Below are positions 9,555 through 17,141 of a stretch of DNA of 41,446 nt, one piece after another. The position numbers and the translations under genes were made by a program. The stretch is from an uncultured Gammaproteobacteria bacterium (GTDB taxonomy: Bacteria; Patescibacteriota; Microgenomatia; UBA10105; UBA927): positions 1-41,446 of the forward strand of contig CAYWVJ010000003.1 in assembly GCA_964461825.1 (NCBI GenBank). Direction: 5' to 3'. The first letter of the stretch is position 1. The number at the start of each line of letters is the position of its first letter. The notes beneath the pieces were generated by a model. It was not told where the DNA came from, ran no database searches, and worked only from the letters and a program-made list of their open reading frames with translations.

Positions 9555-10582
9555 AGTGCGCTGAAAAAATCCGCAAACTTTTTCGCCTGTTCACCGATGG
9601 AAAATCGCGCAGCAATCATGAGTCGCGCGTTATTTCCCATTTTGATCGTTTTCGTTTTGTTGCGGGAAAGCATGCGGATGTCCCGCGCCATGCCTATTGT
9701 ATCTCCCTGCCGGTAGAGAAACCCGTTGTATCCGTCTCTGATGATTTCTTTGTTTCCGCCGATATCAGTTGCCAGTACCGGTATACCTATCGCCTGCGCC
9801 TCAAGAATCGCCATGGAAATGCCTTCATGGTGGCGCGTCGGAAAAAGCAGCACGTCGACGGCGCAAAGGTGCCTGTCCACGTTTGTCACGAATCCGGTGC
9901 GTTTGATGCCGGCCGGCAGCAGTTTCAAATAAGGCCCGTCGCCGATAACCACCGCAGCCGTTTTCGTTTTCTTTGCGACTGCGGCAAACTCCTCTATTCC
10001 TTTTTCTTTTGTTACGCTGCCTAAAAATCCGATCGTAAATTCTTTGTGCGGAGTTTTCTTCACCGGTTTCCTGTCGACGCCGATATAGATGACAATGATT
10101 TTTTTATCCGGCGCGCCGCCGCGTGTTAGATCACGTTTAGTATCAGCTGAAACGGCAATGATTCGGTCGACAAAGCCGCTTGCAATAAGAAAAAAGAATT
10201 TCACGAGACCAGCCGACTCCGACGCAAACAGCGGGCCGTGTACGATCCATACGGTTTTCCTGCGCAAAAGTTTCAGGATCGGCGTCAAAAATATCATTTC
10301 AGTGAGCGACTGAAGTACGATGACCTCATACGCCGCCGCGATACGCAGGTACCGCGCAAGAAACAGCGGCGACTGAAAAAGTACCGCGAGCAGTTGTTTT
10401 TTCGTTCCGACCTCTTTCGGCAACCACGTCTCCATGCGAACGGTATACGGTTGATTTTTCAGCATTTCCAGATTCGTGAGAAGCGTGACGTCGAGATATT
10501 TCCGCAGTTCACGAAGAAGTACGACGTTATATTTTTCCGCTCCGCTGAATCTCTCCGCCGGACGAATAAAAAGGATTTTCAT
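9551..10582 (-). CDS. glycosyltransferase family 4
   Basis: GFLGSVTKEKGIEEF...LLFPTRHHEGISMAILEAQAIGIPVLATDIGGNKEII matches GT4. The start overlaps the methyltransferase stop as ATGA (10579-10582). Confidence 0.8.
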   Translation of the reverse strand: MKILFIRPAERFSGAEKYNVVLLRELRKYLDVTLLTNLEMLKNQPYTVRMETWLPKEVGTKKQLLAVLFQSPLFLARYLRIAAAYEVIVLQSLTEMIFLTPILKLLRRKTVWIVHGPLFASESAGLVKFFFLIASGFVDRIIAVSADTKRDLTRGGAPDKKIIVIYIGVDRKPVKKTPHKEFTIGFLGSVTKEKGIEEFAAVAKKTKTAAVVIGDGPYLKLLPAGIKRTGFVTNVDRHLCAVDVLLFPTRHHEGISMAILEAQAIGIPVLATDIGGNKEIIRDGYNGFLYRQGDTIGMARDIRMLSRNKTKTIKMGNNARLMIAARFSIGEQAKKFADFFSAL

Positions 10583-11340
10583 GATTTTTGAAGTACAACT
10601 GCAAATGCCTGTGGCTCAAAAAACCTCGATAGATTTCGTAAATTCGCCAGCAAGGAATCCACAAGAACAATTGGATACCATAATATTTTACTTCTTCGCC
10701 ATCTCGCCAAACCGAATTTGTTCATCACTTTATTAAAAAAATGAAATGCGTTGGTGTTGAAAAATGTAATTCTCACGATTTTCATTTTATTCTTTTCTAC
10801 AAACCTATATAGCTCCTTCAATTTTATTCCTTCTTCAATCGGACTCTCCCCTGTACCTTGTTTTAAATACTCATAGATTGGTTCGCGAAGGAAAATGTAA
10901 CCACCATGTTTAAGTATTCTATACCAATGATTGAGTGTTTTGGTTTTATTTATTGTATGATGAAGAGCGCCTAAAGATAAAATAATATCCGCTGATTTTG
11001 TTGGCAACATCACTGTTGCCATATCTGCATGAATAAATCGACCAGAAGGGATATTTTTCTTTGCAAATTTTAGCAACTCACGGGAAACATCAACTCCTAT
11101 ATATTTGATCGCATTAACAATTTTTGTGTTCAAAATCCTTCGAACAGAAACGGCAGGACCGCAACCCATATCAAGTACTACCGTTCCTCGTTTAAAATAC
11201 TCTCTTCTCAGTAAAAAAATTTTTTCTGGAATCTCCCAAGTAAAATCCTTATTACTCCTATCATTATAAAAACTTGCGATTTGATCATGATAGTTCTCTT
11301 CCAGCCTCAAATGAGAATTGGGTTTTGTAATATACCTCAT
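10579..11340 (-). CDS. class I SAM-dependent methyltransferase
   Basis: Motif I VLDMGCGPA, then IGVDVS and LKHGGYIF. The gene is strongly AT-rich (28% GC in line 10741-10800) relative to its neighbours. Confidence 0.85.
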   Translation of the reverse strand: MRYITKPNSHLRLEENYHDQIASFYNDRSNKDFTWEIPEKIFLLRREYFKRGTVVLDMGCGPAVSVRRILNTKIVNAIKYIGVDVSRELLKFAKKNIPSGRFIHADMATVMLPTKSADIILSLGALHHTINKTKTLNHWYRILKHGGYIFLREPIYEYLKQGTGESPIEEGIKLKELYRFVEKNKMKIVRITFFNTNAFHFFNKVMNKFGLARWRRSKILWYPIVLVDSLLANLRNLSRFFEPQAFAVVLQKS

Positions 11341-11388
11341 ATATTTTTTCTTTTAATAGTGTTCTAATAGCTAAGAGAGTATTGTATC

Positions 11389-13650
11389 ATGACTTATAAA
11401 CTGCCCACTATTCCTTTCTTATTAGCATTATTTCTTTTATTCTTTGTTCCCTTATCTTCTGTCAGTGCCGGATTTGGATTTATTAAGAATTCACAACCCG
11501 TATTTTCTCCCGATCAAACCAATTGGGATTCTGTGCAAGTTTTAGATTCATTTCTTATCAATCAGGGTAATTCATATGGTATGTGGTACGCGGGACATGG
11601 TACATACAATGGAGGAACGTCTGACCATTGGAAGCTTGGTTACGCGCAAATGGATAAAAGCACAAACGCATGGACAAGAAATGCTTCGATTCTATTATTT
11701 CAAGGATTATCCGATCTCCAGGAAGCCGAATCGAGTGACCCCTTCATAATAAAAGAAAATGATAACTCATATAAAATTTGGTATGACGCCTACAATCCAC
11801 CACAATCTGGTATTCGGTACGCTACATCAACAGACGGGCAAACGTGGACTAAATATTCGTCTGCAGTATTAACGGGAACGCAAGGTAAATTTGATAGCGC
11901 AGGATTGGCACGTGGAAAATCAGTCATTTACGATGGTACTGGCTATCGCATGTGGTATACAGGAAGTTCTGGCGGCGGAAAGTGGGCAATTGGATATGCA
12001 ACCTCTCCAGACGGCGTTAGCTGGACCAAACAGAACAACGGCAACCCAATTATCGTAAAAACTGAGGCGTGGGAATACGATAATTTGAGTTACCCTTACG
12101 TCTTTTTCGCATATGGAAAATACCACATGTTTTATGCGACAGGACCAGGGGATCTGCCAACAAGAATAGTATATGCAAATTCTTTAGATGGTATTAACTG
12201 GAATAAACCATCCGATCTCAATCCCGTGTTTGACCGTAATAGCTATCTTTGGGAAAGTCAAAGTATTGCCTCCCCGTTTATTCTTATCGAGGATAATAAA
12301 CTTAAGTTGTGGTACTCTGCATACGGCGTAATGAATCCCCAGAATCTGAACGATTGGCGATGGCAAATCGGGTACGCGGAGGCGCCGCTCTCAAATTTAC
12401 CCGGCGTGACACCGGAAACGAAAAAAATTTTTATCGTTCCTGGCTTCGGAGGCTCATGGAACACCGAAGCACTGCTCAACTGCCGCCTCAATGAAACGAA
12501 TCCGGAGTCGTGGACGATCACTCCCTACATAGGGTACGACGTATACCAGCCATTATTCGATACACTTAATTCGTCGGGTAAAATTGCCTTCTATTTTCCT
12601 TATGACTGGCGGTGGGGAATCACGCATACGGCGCCTGTCCTTGCGAATAAATTAGCGTCTTCAACGCTTGATACGGAAAAAGTTGATCTTATCGGTCACA
12701 GTCTGGGCGGACTGCTTGGAAAATCCTATCTTGACCAAACAACCGATGAGACCAACAAAATACGGAATTTTATTGCCGTTGGTACGCCGTTTCAGGGCGC
12801 TGTCGGGGCATATCCGGCATGGTCGGCCGGCGAAGTCTGGAGTGATAACATGCTCGCCCGTATCGGCATGACAACAATTATAAATGTCTGCGGAAAATTG
12901 AGGGCAAAAACAAACAGGGACGTCGTCAGAGACCTTATACCTTCCATAGGAAATCTCCTGCCGCGTTTTCCGTATCTTACCGATGTGAAAACACAAGAAA
13001 CGCGGTCTGCCGCTGACGCGGATAATACGTGGCCGCTTGCGCCAATAGCAAATAGTTTTAAAGGTTCACGCATAAAAACCGTATCCGGGACCGGATTTTC
13101 CACGCTTTCGGGTCTGGATGTAAAAGACCCCACGAACGGCGATCGTAAATACAATAATTGGCTTGATGGAAAACCGCAGAAGACAGAAACAAGCACCGCA
13201 GGCGACGGCACGGTACTGTCACTGGCTTCTCGCCTTGCGAACGTCGACAATACGGAGATTACTGCGACCCATTCGGGGCTCGTGAATTCGCCCACCGGCA
13301 TGCAGACGATTTTTTCGCTGCTGGGAATTCCGTGGCAAAACAGCGCCGCTCAGCCGTCAGAAATAAAAAGTGCGCTTACCGTCATCGCGTACCCGGCAAC
13401 GAGCACCATGACTGATCCTTCGCAGGCGGTACGGAAGGATATCCAGAACATGATCGGGTTCTCCAATCCGAAACGCGGATCGTACCGCCTTGCCGTCGTT
13501 CCCAAGTCGGATACCACACGGGTTTATGTAGGGCAATTTCTCGAAAACGGGCGGAACCTGTGGAAGGAATACTCGTTTAACGGAAAACTTCCATTTAGTA
13601 AAACCCTCATCTTTGATCCTGACAACCCTACAGAAGACGCACTGCAGTAA
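11389..13650 (+). CDS. secreted fusion protein: five-bladed beta-propeller (GH43/32/130-like, Asp-box-like repeats) plus LCAT-family lipase/acyltransferase
   Basis: Signal peptide ending SVSA|G. Five repeats with WY strands and SxDGxxW(T/N)K motifs. Then IVPGFGGS, FPYDWRW, GHSLGG (Ser438 at nt 12700-12702), GDGTV and THSG in the LCAT-family order. Confidence 0.8.
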   Translation: MTYKLPTIPFLLALFLLFFVPLSSVSAGFGFIKNSQPVFSPDQTNWDSVQVLDSFLINQGNSYGMWYAGHGTYNGGTSDHWKLGYAQMDKSTNAWTRNASILLFQGLSDLQEAESSDPFIIKENDNSYKIWYDAYNPPQSGIRYATSTDGQTWTKYSSAVLTGTQGKFDSAGLARGKSVIYDGTGYRMWYTGSSGGGKWAIGYATSPDGVSWTKQNNGNPIIVKTEAWEYDNLSYPYVFFAYGKYHMFYATGPGDLPTRIVYANSLDGINWNKPSDLNPVFDRNSYLWESQSIASPFILIEDNKLKLWYSAYGVMNPQNLNDWRWQIGYAEAPLSNLPGVTPETKKIFIVPGFGGSWNTEALLNCRLNETNPESWTITPYIGYDVYQPLFDTLNSSGKIAFYFPYDWRWGITHTAPVLANKLASSTLDTEKVDLIGHSLGGLLGKSYLDQTTDETNKIRNFIAVGTPFQGAVGAYPAWSAGEVWSDNMLARIGMTTIINVCGKLRAKTNRDVVRDLIPSIGNLLPRFPYLTDVKTQETRSAADADNTWPLAPIANSFKGSRIKTVSGTGFSTLSGLDVKDPTNGDRKYNNWLDGKPQKTETSTAGDGTVLSLASRLANVDNTEITATHSGLVNSPTGMQTIFSLLGIPWQNSAAQPSEIKSALTVIAYPATSTMTDPSQAVRKDIQNMIGFSNPKRGSYRLAVVPKSDTTRVYVGQFLENGRNLWKEYSFNGKLPFSKTLIFDPDNPTEDALQ

Positions 13651-14002
13651 GCAAGGGCACCAGCCAATGAAGATCAAGTAGATGCGCAAAAATCCAAAAA
13701 ATTGCGGCTGCCAGATACCCGTAGCGGATGCCAACATACATAACCAGAACGCTTGCAATGCCGATACTTATAAATACCGCAGTTGATGCCTTTTTTCCTT
13801 TTCTTTTACAGATAAAACGGTAAATTTCCGACGCAACAGCGTAAAGGATAAGGTCAACTGCTGCCGCTATGTACAGCATCGCACGCGCGGAACCGCATGC
13901 TCCGATAAATAATCCGTCGCGGCACGGATAAAAACGGTTATAGATCTCAAATGCGATGAGCAGTCCCGCGACGATTCCCGGCCAGATCCACGCATTCCTC
14001 AT
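13628..14002 (-). CDS. small hydrophobic membrane protein (hypothetical)
   Basis: 124 aa with 3-4 hydrophobic helices. ATG lies 3 nt after the tRNA-Val discriminator on the same strand. The 3' end overlaps the convergent lipase ORF by 23 nt. Confidence 0.45.
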   Translation of the reverse strand: MRNAWIWPGIVAGLLIAFEIYNRFYPCRDGLFIGACGSARAMLYIAAAVDLILYAVASEIYRFICKRKGKKASTAVFISIGIASVLVMYVGIRYGYLAAAIFWIFAHLLDLHWLVPLLTAVRLL

Positions 14003-14005
14003 GGG

Positions 14006-14078
14006 TGGGCGGTATAGGACTTGAACCTATGACCTTTTCAATGTCAATGAAACGCTCTGCCAGCTGAGCTAACCGCCC
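14006..14078 (-). tRNA. tRNA-Val (anticodon GAC)
   Basis: Reverse complement folds as GGGCGGT TA GCTC AGCTGGCA GAGC G TTTCA TTGACAT TGAAA AGGTC ATAGG TTCAAGT CCTAT ACCGCCC A. All four stems are perfect. The 3' trailer is CCCA, so CCA is not encoded. Confidence 0.9.
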
Positions 14079-14081
14079 TTC

Positions 14082-14110
14082 TTGACCACCCGTATTATAT
14101 CACGTACACT
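14082..14110 (+). promoter_or_regulatory. candidate sigma70-type promoter for lepB (TTGACC-17 nt-TACACT)
   Basis: -35 TTGACC at 14082-14087, an exact 17-nt spacer, and -10 TACACT at 14105-14110. The ATG is 9 nt after the -10, implying a very short or absent leader. Confidence 0.4.
14094..14102 (-). promoter_or_regulatory. candidate extended -10 promoter (TGATATAAT) for tRNA-Val and the downstream small ORF
   Basis: Minus strand reads cgTGaTATAAT, 15 nt upstream of the tRNA 5' end. Confidence 0.45.
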
Positions 14111-14119
14111 AGGTGCTAT

Positions 14120-14686
14120 ATGGGCGGGATAAAACGCGCGGTAGCTGCGATTTTTGATTTTTTGCAGGGAATCGTCGTCGTGCTGGCAATTCTCGTGATG
14201 GTATACCTCTTCATCATGTCGCCGCAGGAAATAAACGGCGCATCCATGGAGCCCAATTTCCGCAACGGCGAATTTATCCTGACGAGTAAAATTCTCTACA
14301 AGCTGCGCGCACCGGTACGCGGCGACGTCGTGATTTTTAAGTCTCCGGCGAACAAGGAAATTGATTATATCAAGCGCATTATCGGCATTCCCGGCGAAAC
14401 CGTATGCCTTAAAAACAGCGCATTTTACGTCAACGACCAGAAAGTGGAGGAGCCGTATTTGGCGCCGGATACGCCGATTTTCGGCGGATCGTACCTTGGG
14501 GAAAATCAGTGTACGGTGGTGCCGCCGGGCAGCTATTTCGTGGCAGGCGACAACCGGCCGCATTCGAGCGACTCACGGGAATTCGGACCGATCGGCCTGC
14601 AGGATTTTATCGGCACGGCAATTTTCCGCTACTGGCCGTTCTCTCAATTGGGCGCTCTCCCCCGCCCGACATATAGCATTAAATAG
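14120..14686 (+). CDS. lepB: signal peptidase I
   Basis: N-terminal TM helix, catalytic-Ser box GASMEPN, then GDVVIF, YIKRIIGIPGETV and GDNRPHSSDSREFGPI. Confidence 0.9.
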   Translation: MGGIKRAVAAIFDFLQGIVVVLAILVMVYLFIMSPQEINGASMEPNFRNGEFILTSKILYKLRAPVRGDVVIFKSPANKEIDYIKRIIGIPGETVCLKNSAFYVNDQKVEEPYLAPDTPIFGGSYLGENQCTVVPPGSYFVAGDNRPHSSDSREFGPIGLQDFIGTAIFRYWPFSQLGALPRPTYSIK

Positions 14687-14692
14687 GACGGA

Positions 14693-15502
14693 TTACTTTC
14701 CCATTTTCTCGTGGATCAATTTGAGGACTTTTGAGGTTGATTCAAGACTGCCGCGGATGACAAACACGAGCCGCGCCTCGACCTTCGACTGCGTAATTTT
14801 GACCAGCCCGTTGACCGCCTGCGCCAGGTCTTTTGCCATCACGTCGAGTTCATCGCTGTGAATCCGCTCAACGCGGTGCGTGGCTTTGATATTTGCCTGC
14901 GCTTTGAGCCTTCTTGCTAAATCCTCCGCACGGCGCACCGACGCCGACTCCGCAAGAATCGTCTTGTACGCCTCGACCATGAGCTTCACTTCGCCCAAAC
15001 CCGCAATCGCCCGCGCGTGGCCCTCGGTAATCGCACCCGAGATGATTCCGTCCTTTATGGCGTCGGGAAGGGCCAAAAGACGCATGGTGTTTGACACGTA
15101 CGACTCGCTTTTTCCGACGCGCTTGGCTATCTCCGACGTCGGCAGCCCGAATTCTTCGATAAGCCGCTGGAACGCCTGTGCGCGCTCGATGGGATTTAAG
15201 TCCTCGCGCTGGACGTTTTCCACGATCGCCATCTCCAGCATTCCTTTGGCGGTTGTTTCGCGCACGATAACCGGCACGGTGGTCAAACCCGCGAGCTTGC
15301 TTGCGCGCCACCGCCGTTCACCGGCGATGATCTGATACCCCGCGGGTGTTTTAGCCACCACGAGCGGTTCGATGATGCCGTGCTCTTTGATGGAATTCAT
15401 CAAATCCCCGAGCGATTCCGCCGAAATAAGACCGCGGGGTTGCAGGGGGTTTGCCTGAATGACGTCGATGTCCAAATGCAATACCTGTTGTGTGTCAGCC
15501 AT
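14693..15502 (-). CDS. parB: ParB/Spo0J chromosome-partitioning protein
   Basis: IQANPLQPRG, IEPLVV, YQIIAGERRWRASKLAG (arginine patch), and an HTH region EIAKRVGKSESYVSNTMRLL. Confidence 0.9.
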   Translation of the reverse strand: MADTQQVLHLDIDVIQANPLQPRGLISAESLGDLMNSIKEHGIIEPLVVAKTPAGYQIIAGERRWRASKLAGLTTVPVIVRETTAKGMLEMAIVENVQREDLNPIERAQAFQRLIEEFGLPTSEIAKRVGKSESYVSNTMRLLALPDAIKDGIISGAITEGHARAIAGLGEVKLMVEAYKTILAESASVRRAEDLARRLKAQANIKATHRVERIHSDELDVMAKDLAQAVNGLVKITQSKVEARLVFVIRGSLESTSKVLKLIHEKMGK

Positions 15503-15530
15503 GTGTTCGTTCTCTTAGGCAGGCCTGCCG

Positions 15531-15782
15531 TCAGGCAGTGATGACGGAAACCAGTTTCTTTCCCAATTTTCTCGAAAAATTTACCACGCCGCCGGTTACT
15601 GCGTAAATCGTAAAATCGCGGCCGATGCGCACGCCCGATCCCGGATGTACTTTTGTTCCTTTTTGCCGGATGATGATTGCGCCGGGTTTTGCCGTCTGGC
15701 CGCCGAAAATCTTTACGCCCAGCCGTTTGCTGACTGAATCTTTATTTCCTGCTGCCGTGCCGCCTGCTTTTACGTGTGCCAT
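15531..15782 (-). CDS. rpmA: 50S ribosomal protein L27
   Basis: MAHVKAGGTAAGNKDSVSKRLGVKIFGGQ...IIIRQKGTKVHPG matches L27. There is no N-terminal propeptide. Confidence 0.9.
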   Translation of the reverse strand: MAHVKAGGTAAGNKDSVSKRLGVKIFGGQTAKPGAIIIRQKGTKVHPGSGVRIGRDFTIYAVTGGVVNFSRKLGKKLVSVITA

Positions 15783-15799
15783 ACGATAGATACCAGATG

Positions 15800-16822
15800 T
15801 TAGATCGTAGATTGCAATTTATAAAATACCCGTTTGACGACTGCGTGTTCCCTTCCGTATTCTATGGGTCCGGTCAGCGTAGTATAGCCAAGGATTTCAC
15901 ACATGTCAATGACTTTTTTCACGAAATATGTTTTTCCGCCTGCCGAATACTGCGGCAGGGCAATGACCACCACGCCGTGATTTTTTAAAACCGCACGCCA
16001 ATCTTTTAAACAGCCGATGTACAATTTTTCAAGACCCCTGATGAGATTTCGGATGACTGACGGCTGATAACTGACGACCTGCTTACCCATAAACGGTTCG
16101 GTAACGATTGCGTCAACCGATGCAGGCGGAAGATGTTCGGAAACGTGCGTCGCATCCGAAACGAACGCCGTATAGCCCGTAACCCCTGCCCAGTCGAGAT
16201 TTTCGCGCGCTTTGGCAACGACATCCGGTGACTGATCGCTGCCGATCACGCGCCAGCCCGAAAGCGCGCCTTCGACCATCACCGTCCCCATGCCGCAAAA
16301 CGGATCCAATAGCGTCTTGCCATTTCCCGCACCCGCGATGTTGACGACCATCCGCGCAACTTTCGGCGGCAGCATGCCCGAACGCGGATCGCTGTTCGGT
16401 CTGCCGAAATCCCGCCTGCTCCACTCCTCAAACGGCTGCACCGCAACGGTTTTGGCAACGATGTCACCCGCAAGAATAAATTCGTCAATCCTGTTTTTCG
16501 CAACGACGACCGTGGAAAGTGCCGGTCCTTCGTGCGGCTCAACAAACCGCGCTGCCCCCGACGTGCGTTTTAGCTCTTCGAGCGTTTTGCGCGGTATTTT
16601 TTCCCCGCCGTAGACGCTTATCCCGAACGTGCTATTTTTCGCAATTGAGAGCGAACGCACCACTTCGGCGATCTTTACCGTGCCGCCCAGCCGGTCGATC
16701 GGAATAAAAACGGAACTTCGGGCAACATCAGGCTGAACTCTCGTAACATCGGGAAGAAACGTCTGAAGTTCCGAAAACGCCAGTTCCGGCGTTCGGCCGA
16801 GAATATACAGATAGCGGTTCAT
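15800..16822 (-). CDS. SAM-dependent RNA methyltransferase, UPF0020/Trm11-like
   Basis: N-terminus MNRYLYILGRTPELAFSEL, motif I LLDPFCGMGTVMVEGA, motif IV-like DAIVTEPFMG. ATGA overlap with the rplU stop (16819-16822). Confidence 0.65.
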   Translation of the reverse strand: MNRYLYILGRTPELAFSELQTFLPDVTRVQPDVARSSVFIPIDRLGGTVKIAEVVRSLSIAKNSTFGISVYGGEKIPRKTLEELKRTSGAARFVEPHEGPALSTVVVAKNRIDEFILAGDIVAKTVAVQPFEEWSRRDFGRPNSDPRSGMLPPKVARMVVNIAGAGNGKTLLDPFCGMGTVMVEGALSGWRVIGSDQSPDVVAKARENLDWAGVTGYTAFVSDATHVSEHLPPASVDAIVTEPFMGKQVVSYQPSVIRNLIRGLEKLYIGCLKDWRAVLKNHGVVVIALPQYSAGGKTYFVKKVIDMCEILGYTTLTGPIEYGREHAVVKRVFYKLQSTI

Positions 16823-17127
16823 GCGATCGAGAGAATCTCAAGAGTCGTCTCGTTCGGGCGCATTCCCGTGTGCCTCCGGTACCGAACTTTACTCTTAAAA
16901 CGCCGCACGTCTACCTTTTTTCCTTTTCCCTGCGAAAGAATTTTTGCCTTCACGACCGCGCTTTTTACCGTCGGCGTGCCGATTTTTACCTTTTTCCCGT
17001 CGGAAAGAAGCAGCACGTGCGGCAGTTCGATCGTCTCACCCGCTTTTCCTTCAACGCTGCTGACGCGCAGCACGTCGCCGACCGCAACCCGGTACTGCTT
17101 TCCTGCCATTTCCACAACGGCAAACAT
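16819..17127 (-). CDS. rplU: 50S ribosomal protein L21
   Basis: MFAVVEMAGKQYRVAVGDVLRV...KVKIGTP is L21 (102 aa). The listed 276-aa ORF is an upstream extension that runs into rodA and was trimmed to ATG 17127. Confidence 0.9.
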   Translation of the reverse strand: MFAVVEMAGKQYRVAVGDVLRVSSVEGKAGETIELPHVLLLSDGKKVKIGTPTVKSAVVKAKILSQGKGKKVDVRRFKSKVRYRRHTGMRPNETTLEILSIA

Positions 17128-17141
17128 ATGGATTGATTTTA

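Noticed and set aside
11703-11712. 10-mer AGGATTATCC inside the lipase-fusion ORF, matching the core of the ftsZ-junction palindrome.
   Set aside because: A single 10-nt match in 41 kb searched on both strands has a chance expectation near 0.1. It is in frame as coding sequence (QGLSD), and no flanking similarity is present.
15518-15538. 12-nt palindrome GGCAGGCCTGCC, with an overlapping CTGCC(GTCA)GGCAG hairpin, at the rpmA stop.
   Set aside because: The stems are short (4-5 bp effective) and no U-tract follows. parB starts 28 nt later, so this is probably not a terminator. Function unknown, low information.
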